DNA from: Azolla caroliniana
Taxonomy: Eukaryota; Plantae; Polypodiophyta
Assembly: GCA_043228905.1 (NCBI GenBank)
Contig: JBHGNT010000011.1
Coordinates: forward strand, 18,290,001 to 18,354,000
Length of the DNA: 64,000 bases
Direction: 5' to 3'
Notes under the pieces: model-generated
Databases searched by the model: none
Told to the model about the DNA's origin: nothing
What the model saw: the letters and a program-made list of their open reading frames with translations, nothing else
In this document: piece by piece, positions 53,309 through 64,000 of the stretch
Layout of the letters: the number at the start of each line of letters is the position of its first letter
Position numbering within the stretch: the stretch's first letter is position 1
Program-made: the position numbers and the translations under genes

Positions 53309-54544
53309 GGAATGGATGTTTTTTTTGTAGTCTTAGAGGGAAAGAAAAAAGATTTCACTACTTTGCGCTGGAATGTACATATGTAAATGTCTTTGATGAG
53401 GTTGTTTGAAGTTTATAGGAATCTCTCAATGGCCTTGTTTATGAATCATACTACATATATTACACATGTAAATATATCATCAATGATGATCGTACAAGTT
53501 TCGTGGGATTTGTTTTTGTGGCATTAAGGTAGCCTTAAAATGTAAACTCTGTTGTAAACAAATGTTCAGAAATTTGAGTTGAATGTTGAAATAATCTGAA
53601 ATGTCTTGGCTGTTTTATCTTTTATCCCTGCAAAATTGCTTACATGATAACATTACATTCTATTTCACTTGGACCAACTATGTCTAGGATATCGTTTAAC
53701 TATCCTGGTAATAATTAGTGTCAATTATATGAAATCTGAATAGGATATATGATCATTACAGTATTATTAATCTTTGAATGCTTCAAAGATAGAACAGTTG
53801 GTTGGATACATGGCTTTGTTGTATGAAGCATGCCAAAAAACTGAACTTCCATTGTGTCAAGATGCCTTTTATTTAGAACGGTTCATATGAGATATATGTA
53901 CCTAGGATTTGAGGAGTAATTTAATGCTACCACAGATACAATAGTTTATCCAAGAGCGTAGTTATGTTTGATTTTTCTCTTTTTTATTGGATATCGATGG
54001 AACATCAAATTTCCTTCTTGTATTTGTGTTTTGAGTTTAGAACATTTTGATTGATTGTTGTGTTCTATCCTTTAAAGTGTTTGTATGTAAAAATGGTTAT
54101 GAAATAACTAAATATCATTTGGACTAGTGCTACACTTAACAATTTTAAGGTTGAATCGGTTGTCGTATGTAGGGTAAGGTGGAAAGAACATGGATATTTT
54201 GAGCCATACAAAGCCAAGCATTGCTATACTAAATTGAGAGGAATTTGCCAACAACTCTCCTCCAAATGTTAAATTTACACAAAATGTGAGATAAGATTCC
54301 TTCTTTAACACATGTCACGACCATATGTAAAGTACGCATGAATGATGGGCTAAGTGTCCAATTAAGACAAGGAATAGGATGGATTAGGAATCAATGATCT
54401 TCGGCTGGTCACAAGTTTCTCATGTTTCATGCGGTCGGTTGGTCTATTGAGGCGCCCACCTCAAGTCACATAAAAGGCAATTGATTGCTATGACCATTAT
54501 GTGCACAAATCCAAAACATGCACGTTGAGTTAGAAGGTTGTGGG

Positions 54545-54568
54545 AACCCTAAACCCTAAACCCTAAAC
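54545..54568 (+). promoter_or_regulatory. Telo-box triplet (AAACCCT)x3 upstream of the complex I gene
   Basis: aaaccctaaaccctaaaccctaaa lies ~170 bp before the ATG; site II-like TGGGCT at ~54346. Confidence 0.55.
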
Positions 54569-54739
54569 TTGTGAAACCAAGAGTTGCATTGGTTGAGTAG
54601 AATATGTATAGGACATGGGTGGAGGGAAGGAAGATTTGAACTTAAAACTACATACTGAAAAGTTAAAACCAGAATTATGAAAAAACAGAGCAGCTAAGGA
54701 AAGAAAGAAAACAGAGACAGGAGAGAGAGAGCGAGAGAG

Positions 54740-57700
54740 ATGGGTCTCCCTCGACGAATCATGTCCTTTCTCAGAGCAGGTGCTTCTTCTTCTTCTTCTT
54801 CTTCTTCTTCTTCTTCTTCTTCTTCTGCGATCATCAATTATAGATCCTCTCATATCCTCCTTAGTTTCTTCTCCTTCTCTCGGCTTATCTTAAATCCTGC
54901 AACATTAGATCGCCGTAGGCAACCCCTCATCAAACTTAACACTAATGGCTCTCACGCTCGCCATATATCAACAGAAAGCACACCTAAAGAATCTTCGAGC
55001 TCCGTCTCCGTTGGAGGAGCCACAGTGGAAATAGCAAATCCTAAAGATTGTTTGGAGGTTTTTGTGGATGGGAACTCTGTTCAGATACCTAAAGGTATGA
55101 CTGTTTTACAAGCTTGTGAAATTTCAGGTGTTGATATACCGAGGTTTTGCTATCATCCTCGACTTTCCATTGCTGGCAACTGTAGAATGTGTCTTGTTGA
55201 AGTAGAGAAATCTCCCAAACCCGTGGCTTCTTGTGCCATGCCTATCATACAAGGTAAGGTTAGATTTGTTTATATAATTTGATTATTTAAAAGTTTTGCA
55301 ATGAGTTTTACTTGATTGTTTGAACTTCTTTCTATAACTCACTCGAGTGGATGAATGTGAATATGCATATAAAAGATAAATTGGAAAGGCATATGAAAGA
55401 TGATTGTTTACAGGAAATATGACAGATGAACGCAAATACAGTGTGAAATATTAACGTTTAAGCATGCATATCACCATTTCAATCTAAACTATGTACGTAC
55501 TTATGTATGCGCATATGAATTGGTGAATCGAAACATGCGTATAGACATGTGAATGAGCCAAATGGGCATATCAATAACTGAACCTAGACAGAAATGTAGA
55601 CATGGGAATGAGCTAAATGGAAATATGAATAGATACATCTAAACATGAATGTGAGCATGTGCTTACCATGAATATTTCGACTTTCCATAAAGCTATTGAT
55701 CTTAATAGGCATAAACAGCCTGTTTATGTTAGAGTGTACGTATTCCATGGTATTAATCAAGACCAATTTAGAGAATTAAGGGTGAGCACTGAGAAGATCA
55801 GACAACAGTGCATGTAATTGGGTTTAATCAGCCCCCTCACCATCACATGAGAGATCCCAGAATAGGGATGTATTTTTATGAAGCCAATGGGGACTCAAAA
55901 ACAGAGCAAGTTGTCCCTTTAATACATCCTATCTGCATGCACATGCAGAGCTAACAAATATTCTACAAGACCTTGCTTTTACATATCTAATCACAAATGC
56001 CTACAAGATTTGCATGGTTTCCTCTTCCAGTGCGCACAGGCTTATCTGCATGGCAAAATATCAACATAAAGAAATTTGGTAACCCAGCAGAACGTTTGAA
56101 ACTTCTACAAACTCGTGGCGATGGATCAGAACATGCATGTGAATTGGTGAATCTAGACATGCATATGAGCGTTTGAGTCTAATTGGAATTTGTATTATGA
56201 ACATATGAATGAACTAAAAGAGGGGTATTTAAATTTGCAATTTTGTTTCTATTGCTGTCGTAGGAATCCATTGAAATTGTACATATAAGACTGATTATTT
56301 GAGAAGTTGCGATTTGTCACGCAGGCATGAAAATAAAGACAAACACACCTATGGTCTTGAAGGCTAGAGAAGGCGTGATGGAGTTCCTTCTAGCAAACCA
56401 TCCTCTGGATTGCCCAATTTGTGATCAGGGAGGTGAATGTGACCTCCAAGACCAGTCCATGGAGTTTGGTTCTGACAGAGGGAGATTTATTGAAAGCAAA
56501 CGTTCTGTTCTAGACAAGAACTTGGGACCTCTTGTAAAAACAGTAATGACACGTTGCATTCAGTGTACTAGGTTTGTAACACTAATTTCTGCTATATAGT
56601 GCCAAGTCTTAATTTTATCATATCCAGAGGTGGTAATTATATTATGACATTGTAGGTGTGTGAGATATGCTAATGAAATAGCTGGAATTCAAGATTTGGG
56701 TGTACTTGGTCGTGGAGGCAATGAAGAGATTGGCACTTATGTTGAGAGAGCAATGAAAAGCGAGCTTTCTGGTAATGTGATAGACATTTGTCCAGTGGGA
56801 GCCCTTACATCAAAGCCATTTGCTTTCACTGCAAGAAGTTGGGAGTTAAAGAGCACAGAAAGCATAGATGTATCTGATGCAGTTGGTGCTAATATTAGAA
56901 TAAATAGTAGAGGTCCAGAAGTCATGCGGATTCTCCCTCGCTTGAACGAGGTTTAGTTTTTAGTCTCATGAACTTGATTCTGCACATGTGGATGAATGTA
57001 GAATTCTTTGACTTTTTCATGTGTGCTTGGGTACATCATTTCTTTTTGTGTCTCATTTCTTAGGAGAAAGAGGCATTTGAAAATGTTTTAGAATATCATT
57101 TGATGTTTTGTAAAAGTTCAAGTCATATAGTATTTAGAACTTAGAAGTTGACAATGCATATATGACTTATTATGTGACCAGTCTAAAATACCGTGCTTTA
57201 TCTTTGTGTAATTAATGGCATGGTTTTTGGGCTCAGCTGCTTTTGCATTATCTGTTCTCATCTCTGTATTCATTGTACAGGATGTGAATGAAGAGTGGAT
57301 TTCAGATAAGGCACGCTTTTGTTACGATGGATTAAAATGTCAGCGCTTAAATGAGCCTATGATACGTGGTGCAAGTGGGCATTTAGAGGCTGCATCATGG
57401 TACAATGCTTTGCGAGCAATAGCTGCTGCTTTAAGCAAGACACCTCCTGAGAGAATGGCTGGAATTGCTGGAAAACTTTCGGATGCAGAATCAATGATGG
57501 CATTGAAAGATTTACTCAATAGATTGGGATGCGACAATCTACGGTGTGAAGGAGATGGGTTACAACCTAATGCTGATATTCGAAGTGATTACTTGATGAA
57601 CACCACTATTTCAGGTCTTGAAAAGGCTGATGTATGCCTTCTAATTGGCACACAGGTATTCACTTGCACTAATTCTAGTGTAAGAATGTGTTATCCTCGA

Positions 57701-59461
57701 GTCTGGTTGCCTGATAATTTTGATAGACCAACATAACATCCATTTGCTATTTCAGTTGACAGTTGGCCATTCAAAAAGTTAGCTAGTGTTTTCTTGGTCA
57801 TTATTTGATTCTAGGCTTGATGGAGGGGAGCTATATTTCTATCAATTTATGCCTACATATAAAAACAAGGAACAGGAATAGACATGGCATTTTTTTATTA
57901 AGGACCTTGAGGCATGAGATATGAAGCTGTCACAACCGGGTTTGAACTCAACTTAACGAGCGAGTGTACAGAAATCCACCAGGATCTGACAAGGTTGAGT
58001 GGGCATACTGATTGTGCCCTTTAAGAAGTCTCTGATACTGCAGTCAGAATCCAGAGCTTGGCCATCGTTACCCCCCTTTCGTTCAGCTGGCTGTAGAGAC
58101 ATGTAGTACGAGGGCCATTTTTTGCATATCCATATAAATCTGCTATCCCTTTTCCCTATAGGTCCAAGGATAGGCTTACATGAACTGTAACTCCTTGATA
58201 TTTAGAATCATTTATTCACTTTTTTAATCGACAGAGACATGATTTTTTTCAGTTTTATTGAGATAACTTGCCAGTTAATAGATCCCATTGAGTCAGCATG
58301 TAGGACGTATTATGTCTTTCAATCTGACTAACATTAAAGTTCTCATTATTCAACAACTTTACGGGATAGAAACATCCGCTTTAACAACTAAAAAGTGGGT
58401 AGACTGCCTGAGCTGAACAGAAAACATATATGAAGCATATCCAGAAACTTTTGATGAATTACTGTTGAATATGGTGGGCATTAGTATCTCATGATGGTGT
58501 GTATGCAACTCTATTGTGATTTTGCTATTTTTTTGTGTGACAGCTAAGGAATGAGGCACCTTTGGTTAATGCAAGATTGAGAAAAGCTGTTAGAAATGGT
58601 GGTGCTATGGTGGCTTCAATTGGTCCAGTTGTTGATTTAACATACAAACATGACCATTTGGGCACTGGGACCAATACCCTTGTAGAGATAGCAGAAGGTT
58701 GCCATCCTTTTTCGGCCTTACTTGCAAAAGCAAAGTATCCAGTAATCATTGTAGGTGGGGGGGTATTTGAAAGAAAAGATAGGGAAGCAGTGATGGCAAC
58801 GGTGCATAAGATATCGGAGAATGCAAATGTTATAAGAGATGAGTGGAATGGATTAAATGTGCTCCTTTTGAATGCTTCTCAGGCGGCTGGATTAGATCTT
58901 GGTCTAGTCCCAGGGCCAGAAACTCCTCTGGAGTGGAAGAAATCAGTCAAATTTCTGTATCTTTTAGGAGCTGATGATACTCCTTTAGATGGTATACCTG
59001 AGGATGCATTTGTGGTTTATCAAGGACATCATGGAGATCGAAGTGTCTATCGAGCCAATGTAATATTGCCGGGTGCTACTTATACTGAAAAAGAAGGTAC
59101 TTATGCAAACACAGAGGGACGAGTTCAGCAGACTAGTCCAGCAGTGCCAATAGTAGGTGATGCTAGAGACGATTGGAAGATACTCCGGGCTGTTTCAGAG
59201 GTAGCTAAAGTGAGGCTTCCTTATGATTCTATGAGTGCTCTTAGAGCAAGGATGCTCACAGTTTCGCCAAATCTATTCCATATTGATGAGCTAGAGCCAA
59301 CATCTCATTGGCTGCATAAGGTGAAGCCATCTGTTGATGACAAAATAGACCCATCTGCACTGAAGAGTCCCATTGAAAATTTCTACATGACGAATGCTAT
59401 TTGTCGGGCTTCAAAAACAATGGCTCAGTGTACTGCTGTCTTTTCTGGAACAAAGGGATGA
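54740..59461 (+). CDS. NDUFS1: Mitochondrial NADH:ubiquinone oxidoreductase 75-kDa Fe-S subunit, ~782 aa
   Basis: [56 protein letters not shown] and [13 protein letters not shown]. Exons 54740-55253, 56325-56571, 56656-56950, 57281-57655, 58544-59461 (2349 nt). Confidence 0.97.
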
Positions 59462-61034
59462 AAGTGATGTAGCATCTATCATGTAGTGGCTGAAAGTGGT
59501 ATAATAGATATAGATAGATATCTTTTTATTGTCCATGGGAAACTGATTACGAATCTATTGGATGGGGCCTAGCCATGGTGATCATCATGTAGAGAGGAAA
59601 GTATATGTATGACTGAAAGTGATAATCATCATGAAAGGCTAAACCTTATATAATATACTAGCAGCATGTAAGGGCTGAAAGAGTTATGTTCTTACATTAC
59701 CCATGTCACTGATGTGATGCATCTTTTCAAGCTGGCTGAAGAATCAATGGAGTTATTACCCCAAAAGTTTCTGATATTAGAAGCAATACTGGAAAATTTT
59801 ACAAACTCAGTTGTGACTTTTGTTCATACATCGTTTTATTCAGTTGGTCCGGTTGAAAACCTTTCTTTGAAGAAGCATTTTGCTCAAATTATTGTGCAGT
59901 TCATCTTTTTCTGAATGCAGATGAGGATACGTGATGATGAGACAATATTCTTCCTCTTATATTTGACTGCAGTTTGGATCTGCAATATTTGATGCGTATA
60001 TATTATAGTTGATATTCAAGTTCAATATGTGACCCATTTAATAATGGTTTTGGTTCCGTGGTTTTCATTGCTTTGTACTGTTCCTTCTTGAGTTTCGGTT
60101 GGTTAAGGATTAATTGGTGATCACATAATTCAATGATGATTCCTTGAGTACATTGGATACATGAAGGAATACCAAATTATTTTGTATTTCATTTTTTAGG
60201 GGATGTTGGAAACACTAATATGTAGATGTTGTGCTTGTTTGTTCATATGTTGATAACACAATGCATCTTTACCCTATTTGTGTATTCTAAAGGTAAAGAG
60301 GAAGTGATATGGTATGCCAGGAACATTCTATATAGCGAAGGGGAATAGAGATTTGAGCATCGAATTGGTGTGTTGCCCAAATGGGTAATCAGCTGAAATA
60401 CTATTCTTTGTGCTTGAGAAGGAAAATATTTGTTTCAAATATGGAAATGGGTAGAGATGCAACCATTGGGGTAGCTAGGTGTTAAGATGATGGGAAAGGG
60501 CTTGAAAGATTTGGGGACCCAAAATGACATGATGTTAGAATGAGGAACCTTGTGAGCACACCTAGTTATGGCAAGAATATGGAGCAAAATGTGTGAATAT
60601 ATCTTGATTGAAGAAAATTCAATAAATATAGTAAGATCAAACTACAATAATGAGAATATGTTGACTTTTATGTCAACGACTTCATTTTGCCTTTTGCATA
60701 ATTTTCTAATGTCTATAAACTGTGTATATAAGATTAAATTTATTTCTACTCTAGATAACCAGAAGTTAAGTGTAAACAACATGTGGAATGTAGGAACTTG
60801 ACTCTTTCACTTTAAAATGGCAAGTTTGAGATACATGATATAGGAAGACAAGATAGATGGAAGAGGTTAGGATAGGACCAAGTTAATATAATAGCACTAG
60901 TTGCACTAGTGATTGCATTGGACCGATGATATGGTCTTTCCAAGTTCAATTAAAAGCCATAGTTGAGTCTCAAACATATCATTCATTGTATAAAACTAAT
61001 GACGACCGACTTACATGGTCTCGACCAATTTAAT

Positions 61035-61124
61035 CAAAGAGTAATAGATTATGGAAACCAGAAGAATAATGATCTCCACCAAAGAGTAATAGATTATGGA
61101 AACCAGAAGAATAATGATCTCCAC
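61035..61124. repeat. Perfect 45-bp tandem duplication in the DnaJ upstream region
   Basis: caaagagtaatagattatggaaaccagaagaataatgatctccac x2. Confidence 0.95.
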
Positions 61125-61291
61125 GGGACAAATTTAGATGATGTACAATTTGACTCATACATAGAGTTGTATTGAGAGGAAGATTGAGTATCGAACTAAT
61201 GACCTCCTCAGCCTGATTGGATCTCTTAACAAAAACAAAGACATTTTCCCTAAGAGCTATGGTAATCTGAAGATGTAGAAGGAGAAGAAGA

Positions 61292-61570
61292 ATGATGATG
61301 ATGAAAAACAGAGTTCTGTGCCGATTGCCTTGCTTCTCTGTGAGAAGACGTTTTGCTTCAAGGTCAAGTGATTCTTCTGCTTCGGATATGGATATTGGAG
61401 GTGTTAGGAATGCTTATGAAGTTCTGCGTGTTTCTTCCACTGCTAGCCAAGAGTGCATTCGTGAAGCGTTCAGAAAAATGGCCAAGTTAACTCACCCTGA
61501 TATGCAGTCAGGCAGTGGAAACCCTAATCCTAGTTCTGTTCAGTTTATTCTCGTTCTCTCTGCATATCAA
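61292..61570 (+). CDS. DnaJ-domain protein, exon 1 (gene probably continues beyond the window); probable organellar presequence
   Basis: NAYEVLRV...IREAFRKMAKLTHPD...F..VLSAYQ|gtaagt, with an Arg/Ser-rich N-terminus. Confidence 0.85.
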
Positions 61571-62447
61571 GTAAGTAATATCTTATCTGATAATGGGTTT
61601 TTATTTTTTCTTCAAAAATTTAAATTGAAAGGAAAAGTATGTGTATGGTGAACAAGAAGTTGACTTTCTTCCAAATGTTGATTGTTTGAAAATGAATGGG
61701 TAAAGGTGATGAGTTTTAGATTTTCTTTTCTCATAGCTAGTGTTATGTTTTATCCTCTCACAGGAGAGTAAATAGAACAAATAGAGAGGGAAAAATGTGA
61801 TTTGACTCCTTACGTCTATTTAGCTCGTTATCAGTCTCTCTGCATGTCAGATAAGATCTGTCCTGATTATATATTTTAGTTGTTCATTTTGTTTTCCATT
61901 GCTAGCAGTATGTTTTATCCTTGGAATATGAAGATAAAGAGACAAATAGAGGGAAAATATGTGGTATAGTTGATCTAGCTTCAGCTAAATATGGATCTTT
62001 CAAACTTTAATGATATGGCCTTGGAAGCAAAGAAGAGAGTATAGTGGAGGACAATATGTATTATGCTTTCTAAGAGGAGATTTTCTTCCTAAATTTGATA
62101 TTTGAAAATGAATAAAATGATGAATTTTTTAAATTTCTTCATGGCTAGTTGTACATTTGAGAGAGTAAACTGACAAAAAGAAAGGTAACATGTGCTGTGA
62201 AACCCAGCTTTCTTCAGTACATTCTCATTCTCTCTGCATACCAGGTTTTAGATCTTTTTCTTAGTTTGTTGTACTTGTTGATAGAATAAATTACATTTGG
62301 AAATTTGCAATATTAGAAGAGAAAACTAATTTTTTTGAAATGAGTTGTGGAGGAATGAGATGGATGAGACTTGATTTGAAATGGCCCTCATGATTGCTTA
62401 ACTTAATAAAATGTAACCTTTTAATTTCAATGTTTTAAATGCGTATT

Positions 62448-62680
62448 GTAATTGTGAGTATGATTCAAACCGTGTTCAAGCGATTAGAAGTTCATAAATT
62501 CCTGCAATAGGTGATTCATAAAGAGATAAAAGCCTATTACATTTGCACCACTTCTTTATGAAATCCTAAATTTATAATTGTGAGTATGATTCAAACCGTG
62601 TTCAAGTGATTAGAAATCCATAAATTTCTGCAATAGGCGATTGATAAAGAGATAAACGCCTATTACATTTTCACCATTTA
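62448..62680. repeat. Intronic tandem duplication, ~126-bp unit x2
   Basis: taattgtgagtatgattcaaaccgtgttcaag...gcctattacattt is repeated. Confidence 0.9.
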
Positions 62681-62901
62681 TTGTCCCCTTAAACCTTCTT
62701 AAGAAATCCTAGATATGCAGTAAATTACAGCAATTCTAAATTATAGATTTGCTTGATTCTAGGCTTCCACTTGGATTGGTAGAAGTAAACACAGTGTATT
62801 TCAACCCACTATGACCTTTATATGTAGCGATTTGCTGAAAAAAGGGCATAACGTGGTGTTATTGTAGGGCCTTACATGTGTGTGTGAGAGAGAGCGTTTC
62901 A

Positions 62902-62934
<33 letters not shown>

Positions 62935-62967
62935 CAAGCGTTTCAATATATATATATATATATATAT

Positions 62968-62998
<31 letters not shown>

Positions 62999-64000
62999 TA
63001 GATATCTGTGTGTGTGCGTGTGAGCATTTCAATATATATGTGTGTGTGTGTGAATAAATAATAGGTAGATAGATAGAATATAATAGAACATATGTTTATT
63101 GTCCATGAGGAGCCCGATTTTGATCTATGGGAGTAAATCACGTATCATCTTGTATATGATTCCTTCGTAAGAAGAGGGGTTACTACTTTGTTGTAATAAC
63201 TCTCCCTGTGAAAATAATTCACAGACATATAACACTTCAATTATCATGTCTGTATAGTGAATCATCATACTTCTTGCTAATTACCTTATATGCTGAGCCT
63301 GCAAGAAGTAAGTGATATTCATCCTCCACTAGGTTTTCATTTCATACTTTGCATATCATCATACTTGGGTGATGATGCATGATGCTACCTCAACAAATAA
63401 CTTGTCTGAATGAGTTTGAAGGAGTGTTAAGGCTCTTTGAGAGCCAAGATTTATGGAGGTAGTAAGCTGCAGTTCGACATGTTCTGGCATTTTTATCTTG
63501 TATTGGGCCCAACATTGAGGGTTTATATTTGCAATGTAAAAAAATTTGACATTTTAGCATCTTGCCACTTTATCCTTTGTGCCTCCATTAATCTATCTTT
63601 GATGATCACATACTTCATAGCATCACTTGAGAGCGCAATTAGATCCTTTACTCCCTATCTTTAACCATTTCATAATGTCAAACAACCAGGTAGATGAGAG
63701 GATTTTTTTGTACCTTTCATCCTATGTTCCAAGCCTGTTCTGGCAATCTGTGATCGGGCATATTTGACCTTTGTAATTTACTTGTATACTCTTTGCATGG
63801 GTAGCACCTCTATGTGCTGAGCACCTGTTTCTAATAGCATGACAAGATAGGTTGTTGAGGATTTCACTCCCAATTTTCTACCTACGAACATTTTTTGAAT
63901 TTTCTCTATTTCATTCCACATACTAAGTGAGATACTACCTCTCTACACTTCTACTCCATTTAGCAACACTTGAACCACCATAGCATTGAATAACATCAAT

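Noticed and set aside
57975-57989. CCACCAGGATCTGA resembles the U24 snoRNA guide to LSU rRNA
   Set aside because: It has one mismatch, the D-box spacing is about 2 nt off the known target, and there is no canonical C box.

Overview
Land-plant nuclear DNA: AT-rich, with spliceosomal introns and dense (CT)n/(CA)n/(TA)n microsatellites. The repeat content suggests a non-seed plant such as a fern, but this is inference. Six host genes can be modelled by hand: a STICHEL-like clamp-loader AAA+ gene (706-6633, +), an unknown ~914-aa disordered protein with EAR-like motifs (15602-19464, +), 3-ketodihydrosphingosine reductase TSC10-like (27660-30567, -), protein-L-isoaspartate methyltransferase (51366/51471-53308, +), mitochondrial complex I 75-kDa subunit (54740-59461, +) and the first exon of a DnaJ gene (61292-61570, +). 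A nested transposon block at ~33-50.3 kb holds a decayed chromovirus Ty3/gypsy, two truncated Ty1/copia elements, RTE-X-like and L1-like LINE pieces, a Mutator-type MITE and a hAT-type dimer. Two solo LTRs with clean 5-bp TSDs lie further left. The most notable signal is the first intron of the STICHEL-like gene. It is built from tandem copies of a ~45-bp unit carrying TTTGCAG|GT, consistent with intron gain by tandem duplication, and three internal units form an in-frame modular cassette. Duplications spanning splice sites recur in two other genes. The STICHEL-like protein also has a degenerate Walker B and has lost the SRC arginine finger. All models come from sequence inspection only.
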